Positions 37,601-48,430 of a DNA stretch of 64,000 bases are shown here, one piece after another (the stretch's first letter is position 1; each line of letters starts with the position of its first letter). Origin of the DNA: Zancudomyces culisetae HAW-14-8 (Eukaryota; Fungi; Kickxellomycota); contig JBNJNM010000015.1 in assembly GCA_052426225.1 (NCBI GenBank), forward strand, positions 1,736,001 to 1,800,000, read 5' to 3'. Below the pieces are notes generated by a model. That model was not told the DNA's origin. It ran no database searches and was given only the letters and a program-made list of their open reading frames with translations. A program made the translations under genes and the position numbers.

Positions 37601-40203
37601 ATTTACTAAAAATAATTAACCAGGCCTTGGAGCTCGGGTATGTAATAATTTCTGGATCTCCTGAAGAGAAGAGCCAAGCATCCGCCAAAATAGAAAGCAT
37701 AAAGACCAATTGTTTCCCAACAGCTACAAACACACCAACGCCAACACCAACAATATGTGTACCCTCATCTACAATGGAGACACCAAGTGAGAGTTCAACT
37801 GGCACAACAACAGAAAATACAGAATTACCTAGTGAGGAAACCACCACTGAAGAGATCCCTACTGGGGAAACTACAGAGGTTCCCACAACTGAGGAGACGG
37901 TGGAGCCCAGTGAAGAAACAACCACCGAGACAGCCACTACTGAAGTACCTACTACCGAAGAGGTAACTACAGAGGTTACCACAACTGAAGAAACGGTAGA
38001 GCCCAGTGAAGAAAGCACTACTGAAGAAACCACAACTGAAGAAACGGTAGAGCCCAGTGAAGAAAGCACTACTGAAGAAACCACAACTGAAGATACGGTA
38101 TTACCTAGTGAAGAAAGCACTACTGAGCAAACCACAACTGAAGATACGGTATTACCTAGTGAAGAAAGCACTACTGAGCAAACCACAACTGAAGATACGG
38201 TATTACCTAGTGAAGAATGTACAACTGAGCAAACCACAACTGAAGAAACGGTAGAGCCCAGTGAAGAAAGCACTACTGAGCAAACCACAACTGAAGATAC
38301 GGTGTTACCTAGTGAAGAATGTACAACTGAGGAAACCACAACTGAGGAGACAGTAGAGCCCAGTGAGGAAACAACCACTGAAACTATTACAACTGAAGTT
38401 CCTACCACCGAAGAAGTAACAACCGAAGAAACTAGTACAGAAGAGGTAACAACTGAGGAAACCACAGAGGTCCCCACAACCGAGGAAACGGTAGTTTCTA
38501 GTGAAGAAACTACAACCGAAGAAATTACAACTGAAGTTCCTACTACTGAAGAAACCACAACAGAAGAGACAACTACCGAGGAGGTAACAACAGAGGAGAC
38601 AGTAGAGCCCAGTGAAGAAAGTACAACCGAAGAGACTACTACTGAAGAAACCACAACAGAAGAGACAACTACCGAGGAGGTAACAACAGAGGAGACAGTA
38701 GAGCCCAGCGAAGAAAGCACGACCGAAGAAAGCACGACCGAAGAAACCACAACCGAAGAAACCACAACCGAAGAAACCACAACCGAAGAAACCACAACCG
38801 AAGAAACCACAACCGAAGAAACCACAACCGAAGAAACCACAACCGAAGAAACCACAACCGAAGAAACCACTACAGAGGAGACAGTAGAGCCCAGCGAAGA
38901 AAGCACGACCGAAGAAACTACAACTGAGGAGACTACCACTGAGGAAAGTACAACCGAAGAAACCACTACAGAGGAGACAGTAGAGCCCAGCGAAGAAAGC
39001 ACGACCGAAGAAACTACAACTGAGGAGACTACCACTGAAGAGACTACAACTGAAGATATAACAACAGAAGAGACTACTACCGAAGAGACTACAACCGAAG
39101 AAGTCACATCCGAGGAAACTACAACTGAAGAAACCACAACCGAAGAAACAGTGTTGCCCAGTGAAGAAACCACAACTGAGGAGACTACAACTGAAGAAGT
39201 CACATCCGAGGAAAGTACAACTGAGGAGACTACTACTGAAGAAGTCACAACCGAGGAAAGTACTACTGAGGAGACTACAACTGAAGAAGTCACAACTGAG
39301 GAGACTACGACTGAAGAAGTCACATCCGAGGAGACTACAACTGAGGAGACTACTACTGAAGAAGTCACAACCGAGGAAAGTACTACTGAGGAGACTACAA
39401 CTGAAGAAGTCACAACTGAGGAGACTACGACTGAAGAAGTCACATCCGAGGAGACTACAACTGAGGAGACTACTACTGAAGAAGTCACAACTGAGGAGAC
39501 TACAACTGAGGAGACTACAACTGAAGAAGTCACATCCGAGGAAACTACAACTGAGGAAACTACAACTGAAGAGACTACTGTATTACCAAGCGAGGAAACT
39601 GCCACTGAGGAGACTACAAGTGAGTATACTACAACTGAAGAAACTACAATCGAGGAGACTACTACTGAAGAAACCACTATAGAAGAAACTACTGTATTAC
39701 CAAGTGAGGAGACTGCTACTGAGGAAACCACCACAGAAGAAACTACTGTACTACCAAGCGAAGAAACTGCTACTGAGGAGACTACAACAGAGGAAACAAC
39801 CGTTCTTCCAAGTGAAGAGACTACCACCGAAGAAACCACAAGTGAGTACACTACTCCTGAGGAAACTACAACAGAGGAAACAACCGTGTTACCTAGCGAG
39901 GAGACTGCCACTGAGGAAAGTACAACCGAGGAAACCACTGTATTACCAAGCGAAGAAACAAACACCGAGCCCTCCAAAACTAAAACAGGGTCCTCAGGTG
40001 CATATAGCACAATGGACGCCTATGCAGAAAAGACAGGTTCTTCAGAAGAAGAGAGCGAAACCTTGTCTGCAGAGGGAGAAGCCGAGAGTTCTACAGCTTC
40101 AGCTGAGGAAGATGTATCAGAAGATGAATCAAATCCAACCATGGCCCAACTGAAAAGAATCGGAGAACTGATTGATAGATTAAGAGGAGGCCATGTTAAC
40201 TAG
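34687..40203 (+). CDS. Giant secreted mucin/adhesin-like Thr/Glu-rich repeat protein (1838 aa, intronless)
   Basis: N-terminal signal-like MIFKVSKVICTIAVLYNGHVAMA; dibasic sites QNKR and LRKR; TETST, TTPSR, PTT, ETEEP(I/V/T) and EETTT arrays; no obvious GPI signal. Confidence 0.85.
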   Translation: MIFKVSKVICTIAVLYNGHVAMANEQAALYNTLPEEYSSNIYSAKNSNNNNENSNKAIDHGYEKVYDLGMAPMPNYNSYSSETPTVVSESYPKYNPLTYVNDVNNANDMNEDSDKHSYPSETMGKHPIKQESGNLEVQGNYQNKRNLDEEYFRLTKDLETTSSTSIDSGSSSAGTASRSLVVSSTNTSTERSTSSAISVTTTEASTEASTEETTETSTTETSTTETSTTETSTTETSTTETSATETSATETSATETSATETSATETSATETSTPTTTSRSFSSITTTTSTTRSTTTTTRSSTTTTTRPSTPSRTTPSRTTPSRTTPSRTTTSRTTPSRTTTSRTTTSRTIRPTRTTITSTIITTTQTRTTIITTVVPTTNTRTTFTSTIVTSTNTRTTITSTIVTTTQVPTTPTTPTTPTTPTTPTTSNIPTSTTTPTTRPTTRPTTTTVSRCPTTTITRTRTITRTRTRTSTTSVNLVPTYILSPNDPLKYLVQYSSSAFKFAIPATYTKTFTDAFVFSNTIFGASNTLSFYTTTNTYSRVFTRTVTFDIPQSAIPTASVTVLTGAVANIPTDSAAALTVSGVTAITPTRTLRKRDLHIEFNLVSQNLNSKAFRNVLFTKSIQVSVPTLLETTTIMRQVTQTNTVPRSITLLKSKTRFKTSTVLESHHLPTKASSRKLVVTPTKKASRSLMIPKTKTITKHVTHMNTHFNTKTVNNLSRNVQIGSLKATSGTSATSEVVVVQVDIPVQKPVSKVTVVVDNTKKVMVTKTSTVELTSDVVVAVKKTRSLLIKPQVLTSSSPTNTAQREANIEDLANGEESSEEVTEEIVEDENIFGSEGEIIGEGGEDVTDEVVEDESISESEVEVENGAETEEPTETEEPVETEEPIETEEPIETEEPIETEEPTETEEPVETEEPIETEEPIETEEPIETEEPTETEEPIETENIESFMSTASQSMETNGSSGDVQLVGDLLKIINQALELGYVIISGSPEEKSQASAKIESIKTNCFPTATNTPTPTPTICVPSSTMETPSESSTGTTTENTELPSEETTTEEIPTGETTEVPTTEETVEPSEETTTETATTEVPTTEEVTTEVTTTEETVEPSEESTTEETTTEETVEPSEESTTEETTTEDTVLPSEESTTEQTTTEDTVLPSEESTTEQTTTEDTVLPSEECTTEQTTTEETVEPSEESTTEQTTTEDTVLPSEECTTEETTTEETVEPSEETTTETITTEVPTTEEVTTEETSTEEVTTEETTEVPTTEETVVSSEETTTEEITTEVPTTEETTTEETTTEEVTTEETVEPSEESTTEETTTEETTTEETTTEEVTTEETVEPSEESTTEESTTEETTTEETTTEETTTEETTTEETTTEETTTEETTTEETTTEETTTEETVEPSEESTTEETTTEETTTEESTTEETTTEETVEPSEESTTEETTTEETTTEETTTEDITTEETTTEETTTEEVTSEETTTEETTTEETVLPSEETTTEETTTEEVTSEESTTEETTTEEVTTEESTTEETTTEEVTTEETTTEEVTSEETTTEETTTEEVTTEESTTEETTTEEVTTEETTTEEVTSEETTTEETTTEEVTTEETTTEETTTEEVTSEETTTEETTTEETTVLPSEETATEETTSEYTTTEETTIEETTTEETTIEETTVLPSEETATEETTTEETTVLPSEETATEETTTEETTVLPSEETTTEETTSEYTTPEETTTEETTVLPSEETATEESTTEETTVLPSEETNTEPSKTKTGSSGAYSTMDAYAEKTGSSEEESETLSAEGEAESSTASAEEDVSEDESNPTMAQLKRIGELIDRLRGGHVN
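35290..35730 (+). repeat. 15-bp coding repeats (TETST/TETSA, then TTPSR/TTTSR)
   Basis: acagaaacatcaaca and acagaaacatcagct arrays; acaacaccatcacgt arrays. Confidence 0.9.
37297..37520 (+). repeat. 18-bp coding repeat ETEEP(I/V/T) x about 12
   Basis: gaaacagaagagccaatt units. Confidence 0.9.
37830..39960 (+). repeat. About 2.1-kb EETTT-based coding array with higher-order units
   Basis: 15-bp units (accacaaccgaagaa nearly pure at about 38746-38865), longer TEETVEPSEES-type units, and a perfect 120-bp duplication 39241-39360 = 39361-39480. Confidence 0.92.
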
Positions 40204-40506
40204 ATTTGATAACCAGGTTACGCAGGTTTCGGGGCGCATTTTTTCTAATATATTGGGTATGTTTTTTTATTTGTTTTGTTTAGAAAGTAATAGAAACAAC
40301 AGTAAAATGTTGTTATTTTATTTGAAATAGCTTTATTTACCCAACAATTAGCAAATGGATTGGCGATTTACCAATAAATTTATTTATTTTGAAAAACCTG
40401 GATTTGCAAATCAAAAACAATGTATAACTGTGAGGATCGAGCTAAAATATGTGATTGTAAATACGAAAAATAAATAATAATAAACATTGTACAGAAAAGT
40501 GAAAAG

Positions 40507-43500
40507 ATGAAGGGCAACGCGAATTTGATTCAGAAAAAAGGGTATGAGGATCGAAGAATTTTGCTTGTAGGTGCAGGAGGAGTTGGGTGTGAGGTTCTAA
40601 AAAATCTTGCAGTGACTGGATTCAAGCACATTACTGTGGTAAGCTTTGTTGTATCGAAACAACAAAAAAAAAAATATGGAGATTGAACATCTATGACTTA
40701 GAATTATGAAATGTTAAAGAAAAGGTAATGTCATGAATTTAGGTTGATCTGGATACAATAGAGCTGTCTAATTTAAACAGGCAATTTTTGTTTCGAAAAA
40801 AACATATCGGAAAACCAAAATCAACTGTGGCAGCTACAGCAATAAAGGCAATGAAAAAAGACGTCGAAATCGAGGCCTTCAATGAAAATATTAAGAGTAA
40901 TGACTTTGATACTGATTGGTATTGCAGATTCGATATTGTCATTAATGCACTGGACAATCTAGGTAAGCTTAAATAAAAACAAAGACATTATATGTATTTA
41001 CCAATCCAACTATTTGTTTGTGAAGATTTGCATAAGCATAATTATCAACCCTTATCGTCTGTCATCAATCTTTGAGATGTAAAGATTAGAGGCAGAGATT
41101 GAATTATGTTCGCTCATCTTGCCTTTGTTTTTATAAAACTACTTGCTAAATAGAGGCCAGGAGACATGTGAATTTTATGTGCCAGGCTGCAAATGTTCCA
41201 CTAATCGAAACCGGGACGGCAGGATATACAGGACAAACTACGGTTATAAAAAGGGTAATAATATACTTTTATGAGTGCTTTTTTTTAGATCAATCCAACT
41301 TTGTACTTTGTGAAGACGACCAGTTTATGGAAAATCAATTTGTTAATAATAGGGTATCACTGAATGTTATGAGTGCCAACCTAAGCCAACCGAGCAAAAA
41401 ACATATCCTGTCTGTACAATTAGAAATACACCAACTGCGCTTATCCACTGCGTAGTTTGGGCAAAGGATTTTTTTATGGTGTAAGTGATATAAGGCTATA
41501 GGTTTATGGATGAAGTATCTGGTTGAATAATTAATAAAATGATAGTGATAATGATTGATATTTTAGACAACTATTTGGTTCTGATGAAGAAAAAAATACG
41601 GAGATTAGCGATGCCAATGAAGGTATTTTTTATTGTTTTGCTTAATATTGTGTATTACTGTGGTTATACCTATTGGTGGTGTTGACTGTATTTCTTTGTG
41701 AATAAGATTCTAGCAGGTGGCGTTTATTTAATGATGAAACTAATAAAAAAAAACGTATGAAATACTGCGGAAACGATATAGACATTGATGGAAAGGAAGA
41801 GGAAAAAATGCAGAGCGAAGTGCACAAACTTGCAAAGATAAGTGGACTTGTTGGAGCCGAGCATTTCGACGAATTGGTATTTGATTGTGTGTTTAAAAAC
41901 AGCATTGAAGAGTCGCTGCTAATGGAAGACATGTGGAAATCACGAGCAAAACCCACACCGTTAAGTTTTTCAGACTTCCAAAACGGAAATCTAGCGGAAA
42001 ATACCAGTATTGATATTCGAAAAACCCCCTCAATAGAGGAGTGTTTCAAACAATGGAAAGATAGGTACTGATTAATTATACATACTTTTTTTTTAAAAAA
42101 AAATCAATTACACAGGATTGTTCAAAAGGGGCAAGTAACTCTGGTGTTCAAAATCACCTACTTTGATCACATATTTACTAAAAAAGAAATTGATAAAAAT
42201 AGTATACAAAAATTGAAAAAAAGGCATCTTGTGACTACGAACGGAAAGTTCTCGGCAATAAAATTCGATAAGGATGATGATGACTGCTTGAGCTTTGTAG
42301 CATCCTCCGCTAACATAAGAGCACATATATTTGGGATAGAAAAGCAGTCAACCTTTTCCATTAAAGGTAATTAGAATAGCAGAAACAATCATCTGACCAA
42401 AACTCAATTGGCACAGGCGCACTCGTACATACTTGACTTTAGTTTGAACCGCTTGACTGATATCTATATACATATCTTTATTTCCTATCTTTTCTAGCAA
42501 TGGCAGGAAATATCATCCCATCGATAGCTACAATAAACAGCATAGTTTCAGGACTTGCGGTGGGACAGACGCTAAAAACCCTAGCGGGAGATATCGACAA
42601 ATGTAAAACGGTAAGAAGCCTGACATATTTGTCCTGTTTGTATCGAAATAAACCAGAATGCTCGTATATACCTAGATATATTTCTCGTACACCTCTCAAA
42701 ACAGATTACTTGCAAACAGCAAGTTGTTACCTCCGAATTTGGAATGCCCAGTGTGTAATGCCCAATATTTGAAAGCTCTGACAGACTTGTCAAAAAAAAG
42801 ACTGTGTGATGTCATTGATGCTTTGCTGGGCAAGTCTGGTGGAAACCCGTTGATCCAAGGCTTAAATTCAGATTTTATTATCACCAAGGGGAAAAGGTAA
42901 GTCTATAGTTTTGAGGCAAACATTGTCTCAGCATTGTATCAAACCACCCGGCTCAAATATACTTTTGCATATTACTTATAGGATATTGTATGACTTTGAT
43001 TTTGAAGACAACTTGGAAAAGCCACTTTCCGACCTTGGAATCCAAGATGGCACCTTCCTGACGTTTACATTTGAATCAGAGGATGATGATATTACTATTC
43101 ATCCATTGGTGATTTTTTTCTATAACAGGTAACTATCTATCTGGTTGGTTTACTTTTCCAAACACACAATACACTGCGTTCTCTTTTCTCTACAACAAAA
43201 TTACAAGATGTCATCATTTTTGAGGCAATATCGTAAATTGGATTTTGAATAATCAAACCAAATTCATTATCTAATCAGCTATACATTTGCTTCTTGTAGA
43301 CCTTCCATAGATAATGATAACCAACTTGAATTAGTTAGCACTGCAAAAAATCTTGGTGGAACAAACGGAATATCGGAACGTTTAAACAGTTGTAAAAAAC
43401 GAAAGCTTTCTGAAACTGATTCGGATCTCAAAGAGGAAGCATTCTCTCACCCTTCTGGGAATGCAAAAAAGGCAAGGCTTGATACCGAAGTCTCTAATCA

Positions 43501-43588
43501 TCTTGTTATTGAAGATAGCGATGATGATCATGTCGAACAAAACGCCAGCCTCAATTCTGCAGTCTTTATTGTTGATGACAGCGACTGA
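40507..43588 (+). CDS. UBA2: SUMO-activating enzyme E1 catalytic subunit, about 11 exons
   Basis: [66 protein letters not shown] (catalytic Cys), [27 protein letters not shown]; C-terminal NLS and SIM-like [17 protein letters not shown]; 10 GT..AG introns. Confidence 0.92.
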
Positions 43589-43729
43589 AGTGTCTTTATT
43601 TATATATTTTGATCCTATCAACTTTGACCGGTTTGGGAATAATTTCATTATATACCTCTTGTTGAAACTGGGTTGTCTACATTTGATAAAAATAATTTCA
43701 TGATACTCTATTAAAGTTTTCACGAGTGC

Positions 43730-44485
43730 TTATTGAGATTTCTGAAAGTCGTAATAAAATATCGCCGCATCAACATATTCATTTGGTGGATATCCTTTTA
43801 GTCTCCCTGCTTTGGGCAAAGTGCCGATCTGATGGAATCCTAACTTTTTCCATAGAGTCAACGATGGTCCGTTTGTTACGAATACCAAATTGAACAATGA
43901 GCACACATATCCTATTAAAGGGGCAACCACTAAGTATGCCTTTCCCATCTCCAGGCCCACTCCCATGCTTCGATATCTAGGCGCAGTAATAAACCCTCCA
44001 TTGCAAACATGTGAACACCTTCCTGGATAGTTTGGCTTTACGTAGAACAGCCCCATCACATTTTCATTCCAGTTTTCGATAGTATCCACCCAAAAGTCTG
44101 TGTGCTCATTAAATAAAACGAAGGCCTCTCCTGATAAAAAATATGACTTGAACCCATCCACTCCCATTTCGTGTTCGTGTGGGTATGTATCACCATCCTC
44201 AATGACTTTGTCAAGAAGACTTGTCAAATGATTCAGCAAATTTGGTCGGCCCTTGAGTGTTATAGTAGATTTTTCAACAAATTTCTGATATTCCTCCGTG
44301 TTTTTGATTTCCAATTCCTCTTTAGTGTAACCCTCCTCTACATTGCTGTCATCATTTGTTTCTGCCACTCTGAAAATGTAGTATTTTGTTGATTCATCTT
44401 TAAGAGTGCCTGATATTGGCAAATGTGACAAGAATTCCGCTGTGGGAAATCGTTTATGCATCTTTACATTCCCATACGTCGCCAT
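43730..44485 (-). CDS. MPR1: GNAT N-acetyltransferase, Mpr1-like (L-azetidine-2-carboxylate acetyltransferase family)
   Basis: IEDGDTYP, FYVKPNYPGRCSHVCNGGF, RSMGVG, FNLVFVTN, LWKKLGF..IG.LPKAGRL, YVDA. Confidence 0.85.
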   Translation of the reverse strand: MATYGNVKMHKRFPTAEFLSHLPISGTLKDESTKYYIFRVAETNDDSNVEEGYTKEELEIKNTEEYQKFVEKSTITLKGRPNLLNHLTSLLDKVIEDGDTYPHEHEMGVDGFKSYFLSGEAFVLFNEHTDFWVDTIENWNENVMGLFYVKPNYPGRCSHVCNGGFITAPRYRSMGVGLEMGKAYLVVAPLIGYVCSLFNLVFVTNGPSLTLWKKLGFHQIGTLPKAGRLKGYPPNEYVDAAIFYYDFQKSQ

Positions 44486-46533
44486 CTTTATTCTTATTTC
44501 TAGTTTTTAATTGTTTCCCGGTTTAGAGCTGCAAAATATTTATTTGTATAAACCCTGTTTTAAAAGCTGTAAAATAAAAAATCCTTTTAAATCCTGAAAT
44601 ATATAGCGAATTTCAGTATCACATTCATTGCTGCGACTTTGAAAATACCACACTTTCTGTGGTCATAAAATTGTTTCAGGCTTCTTGGTTTTAGTTGCAG
44701 GCTATACACTCACTTTAAAAAATAAAAAAATACTGTGGGCAACGTTGATTGCTTTTCGCACCAAAAGATAACATCGATACCAATTGATTTGCTAAGATGT
44801 GCGACCTTTCACTGTTGATTTGATCATCAAAACACTTTTGCCATTGTGAACAGAGTATATTAACGTTTTTATTTGTTTTTGATTACTGTTTGGTACATTC
44901 AAGTGCACATACACATATGCGTGTATATTATAGTTACAAGTATTTAAATATCTCAACATTAAAACATGGAATGCCAAAAACCCATAAACTAGCAACTTGG
45001 CCTATAAAATCACAAACTTGCTAAAAATAATCCTCAAATTAATATAATATACTTGTAAAATACCCGTCACAACCCAGTAGGTAGCTTTTCTGATTAAATT
45101 TCACTTACGGATAAATAATGCTATGAGAAAGAAAATAACCAAGAAAGGCTAACAATCATGAATCAATCAGCTGTATTTTTTATTATCGCTTATGGTTCAC
45201 TAAATATGTACTTCAATAATATACCACAAATGTGAAAATGTTACACACCATCGTACCTACATTAAACGGCTGTAGTTTAGTTATCTCAAATATCCGAATG
45301 GTTCAATATAATGACACCAGTGTATAAAATAAAAAAACACACATTATGGCGGAAATAGTAGAAATGACTGGTTCGCCATGCTATTAATTCAGCTCGCTTT
45401 CTATTTTTCAATTAGCAATTTACAACAACAATAAAGTACATAATACAAACATTTCGGAACATTTTTGTAGAAGAGCAAGAGGGAGAGAGTTCGTGTTGGA
45501 AATACTCTCTTTTCTATACATCGTAGGTACAAGTATGATATTAGTATTGTCCGATTTCTAACACTGTACCCGCATTTTAAGCCCCCCAAACTGATCATAA
45601 GCTCACAAACTATTTGCATTCGTTTGACCCGATTTTCCCCTTTACTTGCATATATTGATAACTCTTAGTTCAAGATTTTGCCTTGGTGAAGTAAAATGCT
45701 ACTACCTCAACGCTTCATTTATCACCATTATGTATTTATTGCTTAGGAAAACTGATTTTTGTTAATGAATTAAGTAAAATGTCGGATTGGCATACATTAT
45801 AGTATAGAGCTGTCGCTGATATCTGGGTAATTCCTTTTTGATTATTAAAATCTGATGGGTATATAGTATCATCGGTGTTAATATTATACCTGAATATACC
45901 GGGTTTTTGGTTATAATAATAGCTCCAATGAGCTAAGGTGTAGCCTTCTCTATAACTTATCATAAACTACCCGGGATATCATGTCAATCAAACTAGCAGG
46001 TTTGGTAGTTCCAAATACTTGACCAAGATCTTTTCCTATACATTCAAGCGAGAAGAAAACAAAGAGGACGCTCTGGAAAATTATTCGATTTCTTCCCAAA
46101 TGTTAGCTTTTTAAGTAACTTCGGGAGGAGGTACATTAATGGAGTTCAACTGTAACGAAACGGTAATTCTAAAGCAGAGATAGAATACCACAACTACATT
46201 ATTAAACCGTTCCACTTTGTTGAAGGAGATCCCCATGTCTTGAAATTAAAAAAAATCTGGTTTCAGGGAAAATTACAAGGTGACATAAATGTCTATAGAA
46301 ACTGAACAGGTTTAATAAGTTTGATTGAATCAAAGTATTCTACAAATAAAGAGTTGGAAGATATTTTGGCGTTCAAACAGATTTATTCAACATATACAAG
46401 ATAAAATACCGTTCTTTTACTCAATCATGTATAAATAGTAAGGAATTTTCCCTCTACAAAGCATTTTATCAACGAAATCTATCCAAAAATTTTAAATACG
46501 TTAACACATACTCAGAAAGAAAAGGATATCAAA

Positions 46534-47175
46534 ATGAAGAAGTTTATTACAATTTCAACAATACTGGCAGCTGTACACTCAACAGTTCCACCTTTTTACT
46601 GTGCATCTACTCGCAACATAAAAACTGGAATGGATTTTGTCAACAGTGAAAAATCCTCATTTCAGTGCCCTGAGGGTACCATATGCAGAATAAACATAGG
46701 TGGAGCTTACTGCATTGATACTGATGGCCTTGAAGTTGTCAAGTGTGGTATAGGAAGATTAGGGCTTGCATGTGTGCATATCAGCACTGGACTAGTAGAC
46801 AGTAGCCTATTAGATGTCCCAAACCCCCGTATTCCCAATGTTGGTGCATTGCCTGTTCATTTACCTGGTGTCCCTAATATTGGTGGTCTGCCTGTTCCAG
46901 TACCTGGTGTCCCTAATCTTGGTGCATTACCTGTTCCAGTACCTGGTGTTCCCAATCTTGGTGCGTTTCCTGTTCCAAATCCCAATATCCATATGGAGAC
47001 TTCGGATACCAGCAAACTATCAGTTTCAAATACAAAGCCTTTTCCCAAACGTTCTGATAACATCCAGATGCATCAGAATAGTGGAATATTACCACTAAAT
47101 CTTCCCAATCTTCCAATAAACATTCCTGACATTTCAGGTATTATGCAATCTGTAAATCGGGGGGCTCAATGTTAA
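46534..47175 (+). CDS. Small secreted protein: Cys-rich module (CBM19-like CPEGTIC) plus Pro-rich 13-aa repeats
   Basis: MKKFITISTILAAVHS signal; 6 Cys in the first about 80 aa; PVPVPGVPNLGAL repeats; PKRS dibasic site; TATAAATA at 46430-46437. Confidence 0.75.
   Translation: MKKFITISTILAAVHSTVPPFYCASTRNIKTGMDFVNSEKSSFQCPEGTICRINIGGAYCIDTDGLEVVKCGIGRLGLACVHISTGLVDSSLLDVPNPRIPNVGALPVHLPGVPNIGGLPVPVPGVPNLGALPVPVPGVPNLGAFPVPNPNIHMETSDTSKLSVSNTKPFPKRSDNIQMHQNSGILPLNLPNLPINIPDISGIMQSVNRGAQC
46852..46977 (+). repeat. 39-bp coding repeat x about 3
   Basis: cctgttccagtacctggtgtccctaatcttggtgcatta units. Confidence 0.85.
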
Positions 47176-48430
47176 TAAAATGCTATAGTGAACCTACAAT
47201 AGGTAAGTAATGCGAGGAATATGACAGCATAGTAGATTTTATAGAAAATACTATTTATGATAGGTATGAATATAACAGTGGCGATGATAATTAAAATAGT
47301 AACTGTGAAGAAAATGAGAAAAGTGACGATATTGATGCTTTCAGATGTGGTGGTGATGGTGAAGCTAATAACGACTCCGGTTCAGTATCATATTCATTTC
47401 GTTTATTTTTGTGGTGGGGGTTCTTTATTTGGATTTCAGTGCGCTGCAGTATTTCTCCAACCATTTAGTTCACTACTATCTTATTTTAAAGCTCGATTTT
47501 TAAAAATAATAAACAATTTTGTTCAACTAAACACCGAGCACTTTTTCAGCAATAAAAGTCGTTTAAACTGGTGCGTGGGTCCATTTTTGATATCCAATAT
47601 TGTGTATTTTGGCTTTGGTATGACTAACCAAGCTAGTACTATTTCAGCTTTTATTTTTAGTTGTGTCAATAACTATCCATATTCAAAATATATGACATTT
47701 TAAAGTGATTTTTGCTACAGACCATCCCCATCCGTAAAATCCACTTGCCCGGAAAGAAATTTGATTTAAAAGTATGGCGAAAACCAAAAAAATACATAAC
47801 GATGGTGTGTTGGAAAATGGTGTGTATAAATCAAAAGTATTTATTTCAACCACCTCATGTGTTTCAATAGATTGTGAAACTAAAATGTATGGACGAGAAC
47901 TCATTTTCAATCAACATTTTATTGATCTCAATAGACTATTGAAATCTTATTGAGAACTTTTTTCAATAATTTCAACGCCTATTGAGGATATTTCATACTA
48001 TCAAAGTTGTTTATTTACGAAATGTTAGTAGATTTAATTGGAAAAATATCAAAGTTGTAGCTACATTAGAATCTTTAGCCCAGGTGGGTCGATGTTTCAA
48101 CATCTCTGCAAGTATAAACGTTTCGGACAACATTCTGCTGTTGATTTTTGTGGCATATTAACCTTTTCAACAAGGAAAATGAAGGCATCTTAATCACAAT
48201 GTAATTTAGAAAGGTTTTCAGTAAAATCATTTCTTAAAAAATGTATATAAACCGTATGACACTCGGTCGATATGAGCTCGCCAGAATACAAATAGAGAAT
48301 TTGCTATATATATTGTGTAGAATACCTCTCAGTTTCTATAGAATATTTATTCAGTAAATTCCCTCGGACACAACAGGAGATATAGAAATGATACTCCCAC
48401 ATTATAAGAAAGCTTGTAGCGGCCGCTTGA

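Noticed and set aside
37587-40010. 807-aa antisense ORF rich in V/S (also 35109-36272 and 36300-36923)
   Set aside because: Shadow frames of the Thr/Glu repeat gene; the repeat codons lack antisense stops
45736-45963. Tyr/Asn-rich 75-aa minus-strand ORF
   Set aside because: No recognisable family or splice model; kept only as part of the island note
47257-47703. 148-aa hydrophobic ORF
   Set aside because: Looks like an off-frame reading of an acidic remnant plus AT-rich DNA; no support as a gene
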